From Glaciecola sp. (GTDB lineage Bacteria > Pseudomonadota > Alphaproteobacteria > Caulobacterales > Parvularculaceae): a stretch of 64,000 nucleotides of DNA. The stretch covers positions 219,678 to 283,677 of the forward strand of contig CAXPOZ010000003.1 of the NCBI GenBank assembly GCA_964219355.1, written 5' to 3'. A program made the translations under genes and the position numbers. The stretch's first letter is position 1; the number at the start of each line of letters is the position of its first letter. The notes beneath the pieces are model-generated. The model was not told where the DNA came from, did no database searches, and was given only the letters and a program-made list of their open reading frames with translations. Positions 29,676 through 40,626 of this stretch are shown piece after piece.

Positions 29676-31336
29676 TAGTGCGTATCTCCGTGAGACTCTT
29701 CTTCATGCATATCATCACTCATCCCGGCGGGAATAAGTGTCGAGGTATAGTTCTCGCCGCCTGCCTCGATGACCCGTGCCTGCACGAAATCCGTAGCCGG
29801 ACGGAAGACGGCAAGCGTCGGTGACGGGTGGAAGCCAAGATAGACGGACATCGCGCCGAGAATGGTGAGGAGCGCGAGTTCCCGCCGGTCAAGGTCCGGC
29901 ATCTCGGCGACTTTCTCATTCACGATCGTGCCGAAGACGACTTCGCGATAAAGCCGAAGGCCATAACCCGCCGACAGGATCATGCCGAGCGCAGCAAGAG
30001 CGGCCACCCAGGTGTTGATCTGGAACGCGCCGACCATAGTGAGGATCTCGCCCACAAACCCGGAAATCCCCGGCAGGCCGACATTCCCCATGGTAAAGAG
30101 CAGGAAGAAGAAGGCGAACCATTTCATCTTCTGGACCAGACCGCCATAGGCCGCGATCTCCCGCGTGTGCAGGCGGTCATAGACAATCCCGACACAGAGG
30201 AAGAGCGCACCGGAGATAAAGCCGTGGCTGAGCATCTGGAACATGGCGCCTTCCAGCCCCTGCTGGGTACCGGTGAAAAGGCCCATGGTCACAAAGCCCA
30301 TATGCGCAACAGAGGAATAAGCGATCAGCTTTTTCATGTCTTCCTGCGCGAAGGCGACGAGCGACGTGTAGACGATGGCGATGACGCTCAGCGTAAAGAC
30401 GAGCGGCTGGAAATAGACAGATGCATCGGGGAACATGGGCAGTGAGAACCGCGCAAAGCCGTAGCCGCCCATTTTCAGCAGGATCGCCGCCAGCACGATC
30501 GAGCCGCCGGTCGGCGCCTGAACGTGCGCATCGGGCAACCAGGTATGGACCGGCCACATCGGCATCTTGACGGCAAAGCTTGCAAAGAAGGCCAGCCACA
30601 GCCAGCGCTGTGCACCTTCCGGGAACGCATATTCCTGCAACGCCACGATGTCTGTCGTGCCCGTCGCCTGATACATCCAGATCAGAGCGATCAGGAGCAA
30701 GAGCGAGCCGAGCAGCGTGTAGAGGAAGAATTTGAAAGCCGCATAGATCCGGTTCGGGATCACCCGGCCGAACAGCACCCTCTCCCCCTTCGATCCCCAG
30801 ACGCCGATGATCAGGAACATCGGGATCAGCGAGGCTTCGAAGAAGACATAGAAAAGCATCAGGTCGAGCGCGCTGAAGACGCCGATGATCAGTGTCTCGA
30901 GCACGAGGAAGGCGATCATATATTCCGCGATCCGTGTCTTGATCGATTTCCACCCGGCGAGAATGCAGACCGGCATGATGAAGGTGGTCAGCAGAATGAA
31001 GAGGATCGAGAGCCCGTCGACGCCCATCTTGTATTTGATGCCTAAGGCCGCGCAGGCTTCATCAACGACGCCAGTCGCGCAACCGCCGAACCATGGAGAT
31101 TCCTCAACGAACTGGAAGCCGCTCGCCGTCTGGTCATACTGGAAATAGATGTAGACGGAGAAAACGAAGGTGAAGAGCGTGGTCGCCAGCGCCACCCATT
31201 TGGAGGCCCTCGCTGCGCCTTCGCGCTCGTCTTCCCGCCCGCTCCACTGACGCAGCAGGATGAAGACCACGCCGACAAGCGGCAGGAAGGTCAGAATGGA
31301 GAGAAGCGGAAGCTCGGTGAATTGCTGCTCGATCAT
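29675..31336 (-). CDS. nuoM: NADH-quinone oxidoreductase subunit M
   Basis: [48 protein letters not shown]. Confidence 0.97.
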   Translation of the reverse strand: MIEQQFTELPLLSILTFLPLVGVVFILLRQWSGREDEREGAARASKWVALATTLFTFVFSVYIYFQYDQTASGFQFVEESPWFGGCATGVVDEACAALGIKYKMGVDGLSILFILLTTFIMPVCILAGWKSIKTRIAEYMIAFLVLETLIIGVFSALDLMLFYVFFEASLIPMFLIIGVWGSKGERVLFGRVIPNRIYAAFKFFLYTLLGSLLLLIALIWMYQATGTTDIVALQEYAFPEGAQRWLWLAFFASFAVKMPMWPVHTWLPDAHVQAPTGGSIVLAAILLKMGGYGFARFSLPMFPDASVYFQPLVFTLSVIAIVYTSLVAFAQEDMKKLIAYSSVAHMGFVTMGLFTGTQQGLEGAMFQMLSHGFISGALFLCVGIVYDRLHTREIAAYGGLVQKMKWFAFFFLLFTMGNVGLPGISGFVGEILTMVGAFQINTWVAALAALGMILSAGYGLRLYREVVFGTIVNEKVAEMPDLDRRELALLTILGAMSVYLGFHPSPTLAVFRPATDFVQARVIEAGGENYTSTLIPAGMSDDMHEEESHGDTH

Positions 31337-33531
31337 GACGCACCCCGCAGCAGGACAAAGAACAGAATAAGGGTGAGACCGGCCAGCATGACGAAGGCGT
31401 AGGTGTAGACGTATCCCGTCTGCACGCCGACGAGGCGCTTGGCCCCCGCGGAGAGAAGCCCGGAAATCCCGTTCGGCCCTGCCCCATCAATCGTACGCTC
31501 ATCGCCACCTTTCCAGAGCAGGCGGGCGAGTTTCTCCGCCGGTCGCAGAAAGACGAGACGATAAAGATCGTCAATATACCAACGGTTCTTGAGGAACTCA
31601 TAGAGAAGCCCGCCCGGCCGCAGGAGGCCCGGCCGCAACGGATCATCCGTCAGGCGGTAGTGGAAGAGAGCGCCCAAGAAACCGATCAGCATGGCAACAA
31701 AAGGCGCAAGGAAGACCCAGGTCGGATAATCATGCCCGCCGCCATGACCACCCTCTTCAGCCATCTCATCAGCCGGATGATCGAGCGTTGCATGGGCGTC
31801 TTGGGCAGCATCATGCGCATCGGCGGCGCTAATGGTTGCTGCGATTTCGTCAGCTGAGCCCTCGTGTTCGCCGGCATGCGCCGTATCGGCGTGCATAGCT
31901 TCTTCGGCCCCGTGACCTGCCTCCGCATCGCCATGATGCGCCTCGGCGATGACCACACTGCCCTGCCAGAAATCGGCCTGACCGCCCCCGACAAAGGGTT
32001 TGTAGAAGACCATACCGGCAATCACGGCGCCGAGCGCCAGCGGCATCAGTGGCAGGAGCATGGTGTTGGGCACATCATGCGGGTGCTTGCGCACTTCTTC
32101 TGGTGCCCGCCATTTGCCATCGAAGGTCAGGAAGACGAGACGCCAGGAATAGAACGCCGTCATGACGGCTGCGAGCAGACCGCAGATGAAGGCGTAGGTC
32201 GCAAATGCTTTGCCTTCCGTACTCGCCCCATAGGCAGCTTCGATGATGTAGTCCTTGGAAACAAAGCCCGCAAAACCGAAGGGGGCCCCAAAGGCATAGA
32301 ACATCGGTATGCCGACGCCCGTAATGGCCAACGTGCCCGCCAGCATCATCACGAAGGTGACCGGCATCTGCGATCTGAGGCCGCCCATTTTGGGCATTTC
32401 CTGTTCGTGATGGGAGAAGTGGATGACCGCGCCGGCGCCAAGGAACAAAAGCGCCTTGAAGAAAGCGTGGGTCGTCAGGTGGAACATCGCTTGCGCATAT
32501 CCGCCGACGCCAGCGGCAAAGAACATGTAGCCGAGCTGGGACGCCGTCGAATAGGCGATGACCCGCTTGATGTCGGTCTGAACAAGACCGACCGTGGCGG
32601 CAAAAACGGCTGTCGTAGCGCCGATGAAGGTGACGACACCGGAGGCGAACGGCGCCTCGGCAAATAGCGGTGACATCCGGCAGACGAGGAAGACCCCTGC
32701 CGTCACCATGGTTGCTGCGTGGATCAGCGCGGAAACAGGCGTCGGGCCCTCCATCGCATCCGGCAGCCAGGTGTGCAGGATAAACTGCGCCGATTTGCCC
32801 ATCGCGCCGATGAAGAGAAGGACGCCGAGGAGTTCAAGCACCGGGAATGTGCCATTGAGGAAATGAAGCGATGCGCCATTGATGGCGACCGGGCCATCCG
32901 TCCACATCGGATTGGCGACCCCGGCCTCGATGGCGGCGAAGATGCCATCAAAGCTGACCGTCCCGAAGGTCACAAAACAGCCCATCAGGCCGAGCGCGAG
33001 GCCGACATCGCCGACCCGGTTCATCACGAACGCCTTGATCGCCGCATCATTGGCAGACTTTTTGTGGTGCCAGAAACCGATGAGAAGATAAGAGGCCAGC
33101 CCCACCCCTTCCCAGCCAAAGAAAAGCTGGACGAGGTCATTGGCCGTCACCAGCACCAGCATGGCGAAGGTGAAGAGCGAGAGATAGGCAAAGAAGCGCG
33201 GCCGCGAGGGATCCTCATGCATATAGCCGATCGAATAGGTGTGCACGAGCGCCGAGACGCTGGTGACGACGATCAGCATGACAGAAGTCAGCGTATCGAG
33301 GCGCATCGACCAGACCGAGCTGAATGAGCCGGATTCGATCCATGTAAAGAGGATCACCGGATCCTTCGCCCCGCCGAACCCGACAGAGATGAAGGTGATC
33401 CAGGCCAGAACGCAGGCGACCCAGAGCAGAAGCGTGGTGAGGATTTCCGCAGCGCGCGGCCCCGCCAGCATGGCTGCCGGCTTGGCCAGGATGGCGCCGA
33501 TCAGCGGCAGAAGGACAATCAGGGCTTCCAT
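31333..33531 (-). CDS. nuoL: NADH-quinone oxidoreductase subunit L
   Basis: [60 protein letters not shown]. Confidence 0.97.
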   Translation of the reverse strand: MEALIVLLPLIGAILAKPAAMLAGPRAAEILTTLLLWVACVLAWITFISVGFGGAKDPVILFTWIESGSFSSVWSMRLDTLTSVMLIVVTSVSALVHTYSIGYMHEDPSRPRFFAYLSLFTFAMLVLVTANDLVQLFFGWEGVGLASYLLIGFWHHKKSANDAAIKAFVMNRVGDVGLALGLMGCFVTFGTVSFDGIFAAIEAGVANPMWTDGPVAINGASLHFLNGTFPVLELLGVLLFIGAMGKSAQFILHTWLPDAMEGPTPVSALIHAATMVTAGVFLVCRMSPLFAEAPFASGVVTFIGATTAVFAATVGLVQTDIKRVIAYSTASQLGYMFFAAGVGGYAQAMFHLTTHAFFKALLFLGAGAVIHFSHHEQEMPKMGGLRSQMPVTFVMMLAGTLAITGVGIPMFYAFGAPFGFAGFVSKDYIIEAAYGASTEGKAFATYAFICGLLAAVMTAFYSWRLVFLTFDGKWRAPEEVRKHPHDVPNTMLLPLMPLALGAVIAGMVFYKPFVGGGQADFWQGSVVIAEAHHGDAEAGHGAEEAMHADTAHAGEHEGSADEIAATISAADAHDAAQDAHATLDHPADEMAEEGGHGGGHDYPTWVFLAPFVAMLIGFLGALFHYRLTDDPLRPGLLRPGGLLYEFLKNRWYIDDLYRLVFLRPAEKLARLLWKGGDERTIDGAGPNGISGLLSAGAKRLVGVQTGYVYTYAFVMLAGLTLILFFVLLRGAS

Positions 33532-33536
33532 CAGCG

Positions 33537-33842
33537 TCAGTTCTTCATCGTGTTGGCGGTTTCAACGGAGATGTCGCCACGCTTGCGGAAGAAGGCGACG
33601 AGGATGGCAAGACCGATCGCCGCTTCGGCAGCGGCAACCGTCAGGATCATGAAGGCAAAGACCTGCCCTCTGATGTCATCGAGATACATCGAGAAGGCGA
33701 CGAAATTGATGTTCACGGCAAGGAGCATGAGCTCAATCGACATCAGGATGATGATGACGTTTTTCCGGTTGAGAAAAATGCCTGCCACACCGATGGCGAA
33801 CAGCATGCCGCCGACGAGAAGGTAATGTTCAAGTGCGATCAT
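33537..33842 (-). CDS. nuoK: NADH-quinone oxidoreductase subunit K
   Basis: [26 protein letters not shown]...[12 protein letters not shown]. Confidence 0.97.
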   Translation of the reverse strand: MIALEHYLLVGGMLFAIGVAGIFLNRKNVIIILMSIELMLLAVNINFVAFSMYLDDIRGQVFAFMILTVAAAEAAIGLAILVAFFRKRGDISVETANTMKN

Positions 33843-33849
33843 GACTGTC

Positions 33850-34455
33850 TCAGATCCCCTTTCCGGTCGGCACCGAGACGACTTCCACACCCTCTTCGCG
33901 CTTGCGCCCGACCTGCGCGCCAACATCCTGCGTCTTGATCCCGCGGCGTTCGCGGAATGTGAGGAGAATGGCGCCGATCATGGCGACGAGAAGGACGAGC
34001 CCCGCGATCTGGAAGAAGTGGACATATTCCGTATAGAGCACCATGCCGAGCTGCTCGGCATTGTTCGGGCCGCCATCACTTGCCGCCCGGGCAATGCCAT
34101 CCTCAGCCGAGCCGCCCCATGAGAGGACGATGAAGCCGATCTCAACGATCAGGGCGACGGCTACCACGATCCCGATGGGCAGATATTTCGCGTATCCTGC
34201 GCGCAGCTCGGCGAAATCGACATCGAGCATCATCACGACAAAGAGGAAGAGGACCGCGACGGCGCCGACATAGACGACGACCAGAAGGAAGGCGAGATAT
34301 TCAGCCCCGATCAGGACGAACAGGCCGGCCGTCGAGATGAAGGCCATGATGAGGCAGAGCACGGAGTGCACAGGGTTTCGGGCGAAGATCACGCCCAAGC
34401 CCCAAATGACCGTAGCCACCGCGAACACCGTGAAGGCGAATTGCGCAAAACCCAT
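33850..34455 (-). CDS. nuoJ: NADH-quinone oxidoreductase subunit J
   Basis: [38 protein letters not shown]; start ATG 34455. Confidence 0.96.
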   Translation of the reverse strand: MGFAQFAFTVFAVATVIWGLGVIFARNPVHSVLCLIMAFISTAGLFVLIGAEYLAFLLVVVYVGAVAVLFLFVVMMLDVDFAELRAGYAKYLPIGIVVAVALIVEIGFIVLSWGGSAEDGIARAASDGGPNNAEQLGMVLYTEYVHFFQIAGLVLLVAMIGAILLTFRERRGIKTQDVGAQVGRKREEGVEVVSVPTGKGI

Positions 34456-34553
34456 GGGAACGACACGTAAGATTGGGGCGCGACCCAGAGACCTCAATCG
34501 CGCCGTGAAAGTTGGATTCGCGGCGCGTTAGCGGAATTGGCCATAGGGTGGAA

Positions 34554-34580
34554 GGCCCCGAGGCATCATTCCTTGGGGCC
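34554..34580. terminator. Hairpin downstream of recA
   Basis: GGCCCCGAGG-catcatt-CCTTGGGGCC; only a short U-tract on the minus strand. Confidence 0.4.
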
Positions 34581-34598
34581 AAATGTCACGAGGGATGA

Positions 34599-35672
34599 TC
34601 AGCCTTCGGCTGCCTCGTCTTCCTGCTCGCCCGGACCGACCAGCAGATCATCCGCAATCAGGCCCGCATTCTTGCGCACTTGATGCTCTATTTCCGCGGC
34701 AATATCGGGATTGTCCTTGAGGAAGGTCTTGGCGTTGTCGCGGCCCTGACCGATCCGTTCGGAGTTGTAGCTATACCAGCTGCCCGATTTTTCCACCACG
34801 TTGGCAAGGACGCCGAGATCGAGGAGTTCCCCCATCTTGGAGATGCCTTCGCCATACATGATATCGAATTCGACCTGCTTGAAGGGGGGCGCCACCTTGT
34901 TCTTGACCACCTTCACGCGGGTCTGGTTCCCGACCACCTCATCGCGCGCCTTGATGGCGCCGATGCGGCGAATGTCGAGCCGGACGCTGGAGTAGAATTT
35001 GAGGGCGTTGCCGCCGGTCGTCGTCTCCGGCGAGCCGAACATCACCCCGATCTTCATACGGATCTGGTTGATGAAGATGACCAGCGTGTTCGACCGCGAG
35101 ATCGAGCCGGTCAGCTTGCGGAGCGCCTGGCTCATCAGTCGGGCCTGAAGGCCCGGCAGGCTGTCGCCCATCTCGCCTTCAAGTTCGGCCTTGGGCGTCA
35201 GCGCCGCCACCGAATCAATCACGAGAACATCGATGGCGCCCGAGCGCACCAGCGTATCGGCGATTTCAAGCGCCTGCTCGCCGGTATCGGGCTGGGAGAT
35301 CAGGAGGTCTTCAAGATCGACCCCGAGTTTTGACGCATAGATCGGATCGAGCGCGTGCTCGGCGTCAATAAAGGCTGCCGTACCGCCCGCTTTTTGCGAC
35401 TCGGCCACCGTGTGCAGCGCCAGGGTCGTCTTCCCTGAGCTTTCCGGCCCGTAGATTTCCACAATCCGCCCCTTGGGCAGACCGCCAATGCCGAGCGCAA
35501 TGTCGAGCCCGAGTGAGCCCGTCGAGATCCCCTCGATCTGCACCACGTTTTCTTTCGCGCCGAGCTTCATCACGGAGCCCTTGCCGAAAGCCTTGTCGAT
35601 TTGTGAGAGCGCTGCCTCGAGCGCTTTTTGCTTGTCCATACCGCCGTCTATGACCTTGAGATTAGATGCCAT
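34599..35672 (-). CDS. recA: Recombinase A
   Basis: [55 protein letters not shown]. Confidence 0.99.
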   Translation of the reverse strand: MASNLKVIDGGMDKQKALEAALSQIDKAFGKGSVMKLGAKENVVQIEGISTGSLGLDIALGIGGLPKGRIVEIYGPESSGKTTLALHTVAESQKAGGTAAFIDAEHALDPIYASKLGVDLEDLLISQPDTGEQALEIADTLVRSGAIDVLVIDSVAALTPKAELEGEMGDSLPGLQARLMSQALRKLTGSISRSNTLVIFINQIRMKIGVMFGSPETTTGGNALKFYSSVRLDIRRIGAIKARDEVVGNQTRVKVVKNKVAPPFKQVEFDIMYGEGISKMGELLDLGVLANVVEKSGSWYSYNSERIGQGRDNAKTFLKDNPDIAAEIEHQVRKNAGLIADDLLVGPGEQEDEAAEG

Positions 35673-35724
35673 GTCTTCCTACCGTCCTTCAGATTCGAGT
35701 GTGGGCCAACCTTTATATTGAAGG

Positions 35725-35739
35725 GTACACTTTTTGTTC
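35725..35739. promoter_or_regulatory. Second, variant SOS box within the recA promoter spacer
   Basis: GTAC-acttttt-GTTC (GAAC-N7-GTAC on the minus strand), overlapping a TTGTGA-N16-TACCCT promoter candidate. Confidence 0.6.
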
Positions 35740-35756
35740 TCATTCACAAGAAAAAA

Positions 35757-35771
35757 GAACATCGGAAGAAC
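35757..35771. promoter_or_regulatory. Alphaproteobacterial LexA (SOS) box
   Basis: Perfect GAAC-atcggaa-GAAC (GTTC-N7-GTTC on the recA strand). Confidence 0.88.
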
Positions 35772-35780
35772 ATTTTTTGG

Positions 35781-37280
35781 TTAAGCGCTTGGCGGCACTG
35801 TCAGAACCCGCGCAATTGCTGCGTCCCAGCGGCGCCGCCGACGCTGCCTTTCGCCTGTGTCCATCGCCGGCGAGAAGACCCGATCGCGGGTCCGGAAGCC
35901 TTCGGCCTCTTCAAGGCTGGAGAACCAGCCCGCGGTCAGCCCGGCAAGAATCGCTGCGCCTAAAGCCGTTGTCTCAGTGACGACCGGTCGGTCGACCTCA
36001 AGCCCAGTGAGGTCGGCGAGCTGCTGGCAGAAAAGGTCATTCGCGACCATCCCGCCATCGACGCGCAAGGAGCTGAGCCCCGGCGCATCGGCCGCCATGG
36101 CTTCGAGCAGTTCGGCCGTCTGGAAAGCCACGGCCTCGAGGGCAGCGGCGACAATATCGGCGGGGCCGGTATCGCGGGTCAGCCCGAAGATCGCGCCGCG
36201 CGCCTCGGCATCCCAATGCGGCGCACCGAGCCCGGTAAAGGCCGGCACGAAGGTCACCTCGCCCTTGCCCATGGCTTTTTTAGCAAGCGCCTCGCTCTCG
36301 GCGGCGTGGGAGATGAATTTCATCCCGTCGCGCAGCCACTGAATTGCCGCGCCCGCAACGAAGATCGAGCCTTCGAGCGCGTAAGTGACCTCACCGCCGA
36401 GGCGAAAGCCGACGGTGGAAAGGAGCTTGTGGCCGGAACGCACCGGCGTTGAGCCGGTATTGAGAACCGCAAAACAGCCCGTGCCATAAGTGCTTTTGAC
36501 GAGGCCCGGCCGGAACGCCCCCTGCCCGATAAGGGCGGCCTGCTGATCGCCTGCCATGCCGCCGATGGGAAGGGCGGTTCCAAACAGTGCCGGATCCGTC
36601 GCCCCGAAATCATGCGCGCAATCGGTCACGGTGGGCAAAAGGCTCATCGGCACGCGGAAGATATCGCACAGCTCCTCGTCCCATTGCTGGCGGTGAATGT
36701 CGAAAAGGCTCGTGCGGCTCGCATTGGTCGCATCGCTCGCATGGACCTGCCCGCCAGTCAGCCGCCAAAGGAGAAAGCTCTCAACCGTGCCTGCGGCCAG
36801 CTCTCCCTTTTCGGCCCGCTCCCGCGCACCCGGCACATGATCGAGCAGCCAGGCGATCTTGGTCGCCGAGAAATAAGGATCGATGACGAGGCCGGTCTTG
36901 GCTGCGATCAACTCTTCATGCCCCGCTTCGCGGAGCCTGCGGCAGACATCCGCCGTGCGCCGGTCCTGCCAGACAATCGCGCGATGGATCGGCTCGCCGG
37001 TCACGCGGTCCCAGACGATCACCGTCTCGCGCTGATTTGTGATACCTATCCCGACCGGCGCCGCTTCGGCCCGCGCGATCACATCGCGGCAGGCTTTCAA
37101 GGTCAGTGACCAAATATCTTCTGCATCATGCTCGACCCAACCATCATCGGGGAAATGCTGAGGCAGCTCATATTGCGCAGCGTCGAGCGGCTGACCGTTG
37201 CGGCTGAAGAGAATGGCACGGGCGCTGGTCGTGCCTTGATCGATGGCGAGGATGGTGGGGTCTTTACTCATGACCGGCAT
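35781..37280 (-). CDS. glpK: Glycerol kinase
   Basis: [49 protein letters not shown]. Confidence 0.97.
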   Translation of the reverse strand: MPVMSKDPTILAIDQGTTSARAILFSRNGQPLDAAQYELPQHFPDDGWVEHDAEDIWSLTLKACRDVIARAEAAPVGIGITNQRETVIVWDRVTGEPIHRAIVWQDRRTADVCRRLREAGHEELIAAKTGLVIDPYFSATKIAWLLDHVPGARERAEKGELAAGTVESFLLWRLTGGQVHASDATNASRTSLFDIHRQQWDEELCDIFRVPMSLLPTVTDCAHDFGATDPALFGTALPIGGMAGDQQAALIGQGAFRPGLVKSTYGTGCFAVLNTGSTPVRSGHKLLSTVGFRLGGEVTYALEGSIFVAGAAIQWLRDGMKFISHAAESEALAKKAMGKGEVTFVPAFTGLGAPHWDAEARGAIFGLTRDTGPADIVAAALEAVAFQTAELLEAMAADAPGLSSLRVDGGMVANDLFCQQLADLTGLEVDRPVVTETTALGAAILAGLTAGWFSSLEEAEGFRTRDRVFSPAMDTGERQRRRRRWDAAIARVLTVPPSA

Positions 37281-37379
37281 GTTTAAGCCGGTTTCGCGAG
37301 GACGGCGAGACAGCGGCGCAGATCACTTTTCACAAGATGAGTGCTTGCGCGCATCGGCATGACCTTGCGAGGGAGCTTC

Positions 37380-38084
37380 ATGTTCGAAGAACTCGATTAC
37401 GCCCCCACCCCTATTGGCCCGGTCAGCTTGCGGCGGCGCATGGACCCGGTGCTGAAAAGGGAAGTCTTCGAGGTCAAGCTCGGCGAGGAATTCCTGATGT
37501 CGAGCGCCTATACGGCGTCCGAAGAAGCCCTCTCGTCGCTAGGCTTGGGCGCAGCGAAAGGAGAAGGTCTCGACGTGCTCGTCGGCGGACTCGGGCTTGG
37601 CTATACGGCGAAGGCCGCGCTCGACTGCCCGAAGACAGCGAGGCTTTATATCGCCGAATATCTCTCCCCCGTGATCGACTGGCACCGCCGCGGTCTCCTG
37701 CCCATGGGGACTGCGCTCACCGATGATCCGCGCACGCAGATCATCGAGGGAGACTTTTTCGCGATGGCGGCGGCACAGTCTTTCGGTCCGGTGAGCGGCG
37801 CAGCCTGTCTTGATGCGATCCTCGTCGATATTGACCATTCGCCCGAGGCGCTTCTCTCGCCGCACAGCCGGCCCTTTTATGATGAGGAGAGCCTTGCCCG
37901 GCTCTCCACCATGCTTCGGCCCGGCGGGGTCTTTGGTCTGTGGTCGGATGACCCGCCTGATGCGCGGTTCACGGCTCGGCTGGAAGCGGCCTTCGGCAAG
38001 GGCTGGGCAGAGCCGGTGACAATCGAGCGCCCGCTTACCGGGACGCCGATCATCCAGACCGTCTATTTCGGGCAGGTCGCCTAA
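37380..38084 (+). CDS. Spermidine-synthase-like SAM-dependent transferase
   Basis: VLVGGLGLGYT, DAILVDIDHSP; start 37380 after SD GGGAG. Confidence 0.8.
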   Translation: MFEELDYAPTPIGPVSLRRRMDPVLKREVFEVKLGEEFLMSSAYTASEEALSSLGLGAAKGEGLDVLVGGLGLGYTAKAALDCPKTARLYIAEYLSPVIDWHRRGLLPMGTALTDDPRTQIIEGDFFAMAAAQSFGPVSGAACLDAILVDIDHSPEALLSPHSRPFYDEESLARLSTMLRPGGVFGLWSDDPPDARFTARLEAAFGKGWAEPVTIERPLTGTPIIQTVYFGQVA

Positions 38085-38090
38085 GCTGTC

Positions 38091-39689
38091 TCACGCAACG
38101 AGACCAAAGCTCTCCGCCCGCGCCCTTCCCCAGCGTGCGCGATAGTCAGGATAGTCCTCCCCCGACTCGAGAAGGAAGCCCGACGGCAAATAAGGATAGG
38201 CCTCATCGCCGGAAATCATCTGGCCCTGATGATCGCGCTGCATGAAATGATGCGGCAGGAAGGCACGCGGATCAGTGAGCCCTGCGGCGGCGGCCATCTC
38301 GACCAGCGCTTCGACCGTATTGTGATGGAAGTTCGCGACCCGCTGCGCCTTGTCATCCGTATCAAGAGCACGCGCGAGCGATTTGTCCTGCGTGGCGATG
38401 CCGACCGGGCATTTATTGGTGTGGCAGGCCTGTGCCTGAATACAGCCGAGGGAGAACATGAAACCGCGGGCGGAGTTCACCCAATCCGCGCCCATGGCAA
38501 GGATGCGCGCGATCTCAAACCCCGTCACCAGCTTGCCGCTCGCGGCAATGCGGATGCGGTCGCGCAGGCCTGCGCCGAGCAATGTGTTGTGCACGAAGTA
38601 TAGCCCCTGCTCGAGCGGCATGCCGATATGGTTGGCAAATTCGAGCGGGGCCGCGCCTGTGCCGCCTTCCTTGCCGTCAACCGTGATGAAGTCAGGCGTG
38701 ATGCCTGTCTCCAGCATGGCCTTGGCGATGCACATGAATTCGCGACGGTGTCCGATACAGAGCTTGAAGCCGACCGGCTTGCCGCCTGATTCCTCGCGAA
38801 GCTGGGCGATGAATTCCATCATCTCGATTGGCGTTGAAAAGGCGCTATGCGCAGCCGGTGAGACGCAATCCGCACCCATCGCAATGCCGCGCGCCTCAGC
38901 GATTTCAGGCGATATTTTTGCGGCGGGCAGCACCCCGCCATGGCCGGGCTTTGCCCCTTGGCTGAGCTTCAGCTCGATCATCTTGACCTGCGGGTCGGCA
39001 GCGGTCACGGCAAAACGTCCCGCATCAAATGTTCCGTCTGCGGCACGGCACCCGAAATAGCCCGAACCGATCTGGTAGATGAGATCCCCACCCTGCCGGT
39101 GATAGCGGCTGATCCCGCCCTCGCCTGTATTATGCGCAAAGCCGCCGCGCTTTGCGCCTTCATTGAGCGCCTTGATCGCATTAGGTGAGAGCGCACCGAA
39201 ACTCATCGCGGAGATATTATAGATCGACGCCTCATAGGGCTGGCGGCAATCAGGTCCGCCAATCATGACACGTGCATTGGTCGTCACATGCGCGACCGGC
39301 ACTATCGAATGGGTCATCCACGCAAAGTCGGTACCGTAGACATCGAGCTTGGTGCCAAAGGGGCGCTTGTCCTCAACATCCTTCGCACGCTGATAGACGA
39401 GAGACCGCTCATCGCGCGAGAAAGGCTCTTCGTCACTGTCGCTCTCGATGAGATACTGGCGGATCTCCGGCCTTATCCCCTCGAAGACGAAGCGCATATG
39501 TCCGAGAACGGGGTAATTGCGAAGGATCGAATGGCGGCGCTGGAAGACGTCCCAGACGCCCATCGCAGCGATTGCGCCGAAGACAAGAACAGCGGGCAGG
39601 AACCAGAGGCTGAATGCCATGCCGAGCAGGCTCAAAGCTGTCAGCACCACTGCCAGACCAAAAGTCGCGTATCGCTTGATCATCTTCAC
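38091..39689 (-). CDS. FMN-binding glutamate synthase family protein
   Basis: ISAMSFGAL, NTGEGG, ELKLSQGAKPGHGG, GCIQAQACHTNKCPVGIATQ. Confidence 0.93.
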   Translation of the reverse strand: MKMIKRYATFGLAVVLTALSLLGMAFSLWFLPAVLVFGAIAAMGVWDVFQRRHSILRNYPVLGHMRFVFEGIRPEIRQYLIESDSDEEPFSRDERSLVYQRAKDVEDKRPFGTKLDVYGTDFAWMTHSIVPVAHVTTNARVMIGGPDCRQPYEASIYNISAMSFGALSPNAIKALNEGAKRGGFAHNTGEGGISRYHRQGGDLIYQIGSGYFGCRAADGTFDAGRFAVTAADPQVKMIELKLSQGAKPGHGGVLPAAKISPEIAEARGIAMGADCVSPAAHSAFSTPIEMMEFIAQLREESGGKPVGFKLCIGHRREFMCIAKAMLETGITPDFITVDGKEGGTGAAPLEFANHIGMPLEQGLYFVHNTLLGAGLRDRIRIAASGKLVTGFEIARILAMGADWVNSARGFMFSLGCIQAQACHTNKCPVGIATQDKSLARALDTDDKAQRVANFHHNTVEALVEMAAAAGLTDPRAFLPHHFMQRDHQGQMISGDEAYPYLPSGFLLESGEDYPDYRARWGRARAESFGLVA

Positions 39690-39763
39690 TGCCCCCGAAT
39701 CAGAATGGCTCCGAGGTGATCTAGATTGAGTCTGTCAGGACCAGCAGGCGACTTTTGATGACC

Positions 39764-40507
39764 CTAGCCGGACAGAGATGCGTATCTGGAAGAGACCAAC
39801 ACGATGCCGGCAATCTGGACGAAGATCGCTGCGATAGCATTGAACAGCAGAATAACCCCAGCCAGCAGCGCGGACCGCCAAAGCTTCCCACCGGTAGATT
39901 TGCCGTCGAAGGCACCCCGGAACGAGGTCGTAAAATCTGTGAGAAATGCAATGACTGCGATCACGAAACCAAATTTGGCCACGAGCTCGATGCTCATCTG
40001 ACCCATGGAGGGCAGAATAAACAGCATTAGCGTCGCACTCGGCACGACAGTGGCAAAGACATATCGCTGCCGCAGGGCAAAGCTCGTCTTCTGCCCCCAG
40101 AATGGATAAATCAGGGCAAGGAACACCAGGCCAATGGCCTGAAAAATCGGCGTGATCCCATAGATCCACAAGGCCGCCTGTTCACCCATATCCTGATGGG
40201 TCATGCCTTCGACAGGAACCGCACCGCCGTCCTTGAAGCCCTGCACGTAGGCCTGGACTAACGGCGTATCGCTCCCGATCCAGAGGAATTGGAGAAAAGA
40301 CATCAGAGCAACGAGAGACAGCCAGAGCCGGATTGAGGGCGTGAAATGCTTTTGCCACTCCGGCTCCTGTGCTGCGGCAAAATAACGTCGCGGATGCGCC
40401 CATAGCGCCCAGATGGATACAAGCCCTCTGATATTCAGGCCGAAAAGGTCCTGCGCCGCATCGTCAAATGAGATGCGTGGCAGCTCCGACTGCTCTTTCT
40501 TTGCCAT
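39764..40507 (-). CDS. Integral membrane protein (DUF3667-like, tentative)
   Basis: Multiple TM segments; TPSIRLWL resembles the DUF3667 PxRLYL motif. Confidence 0.55.
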   Translation of the reverse strand: MAKKEQSELPRISFDDAAQDLFGLNIRGLVSIWALWAHPRRYFAAAQEPEWQKHFTPSIRLWLSLVALMSFLQFLWIGSDTPLVQAYVQGFKDGGAVPVEGMTHQDMGEQAALWIYGITPIFQAIGLVFLALIYPFWGQKTSFALRQRYVFATVVPSATLMLFILPSMGQMSIELVAKFGFVIAVIAFLTDFTTSFRGAFDGKSTGGKLWRSALLAGVILLFNAIAAIFVQIAGIVLVSSRYASLSG

Positions 40508-40626
40508 GTTCCGCCTCATTCAGAGCGCATCCCGTGCACCCAGTCCCTGCCTCCGGTTAGCAGTATTCTTCGATCTGCCAAAACACCGCCATTATCCCCG
40601 CCGCGATTCTGCGCTAGGGGGCCTTC

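Noticed and set aside
14675-35672. Inteins or introns in sufB or recA, two known intein hosts
   Set aside because: Both proteins are of normal length with continuous motifs.
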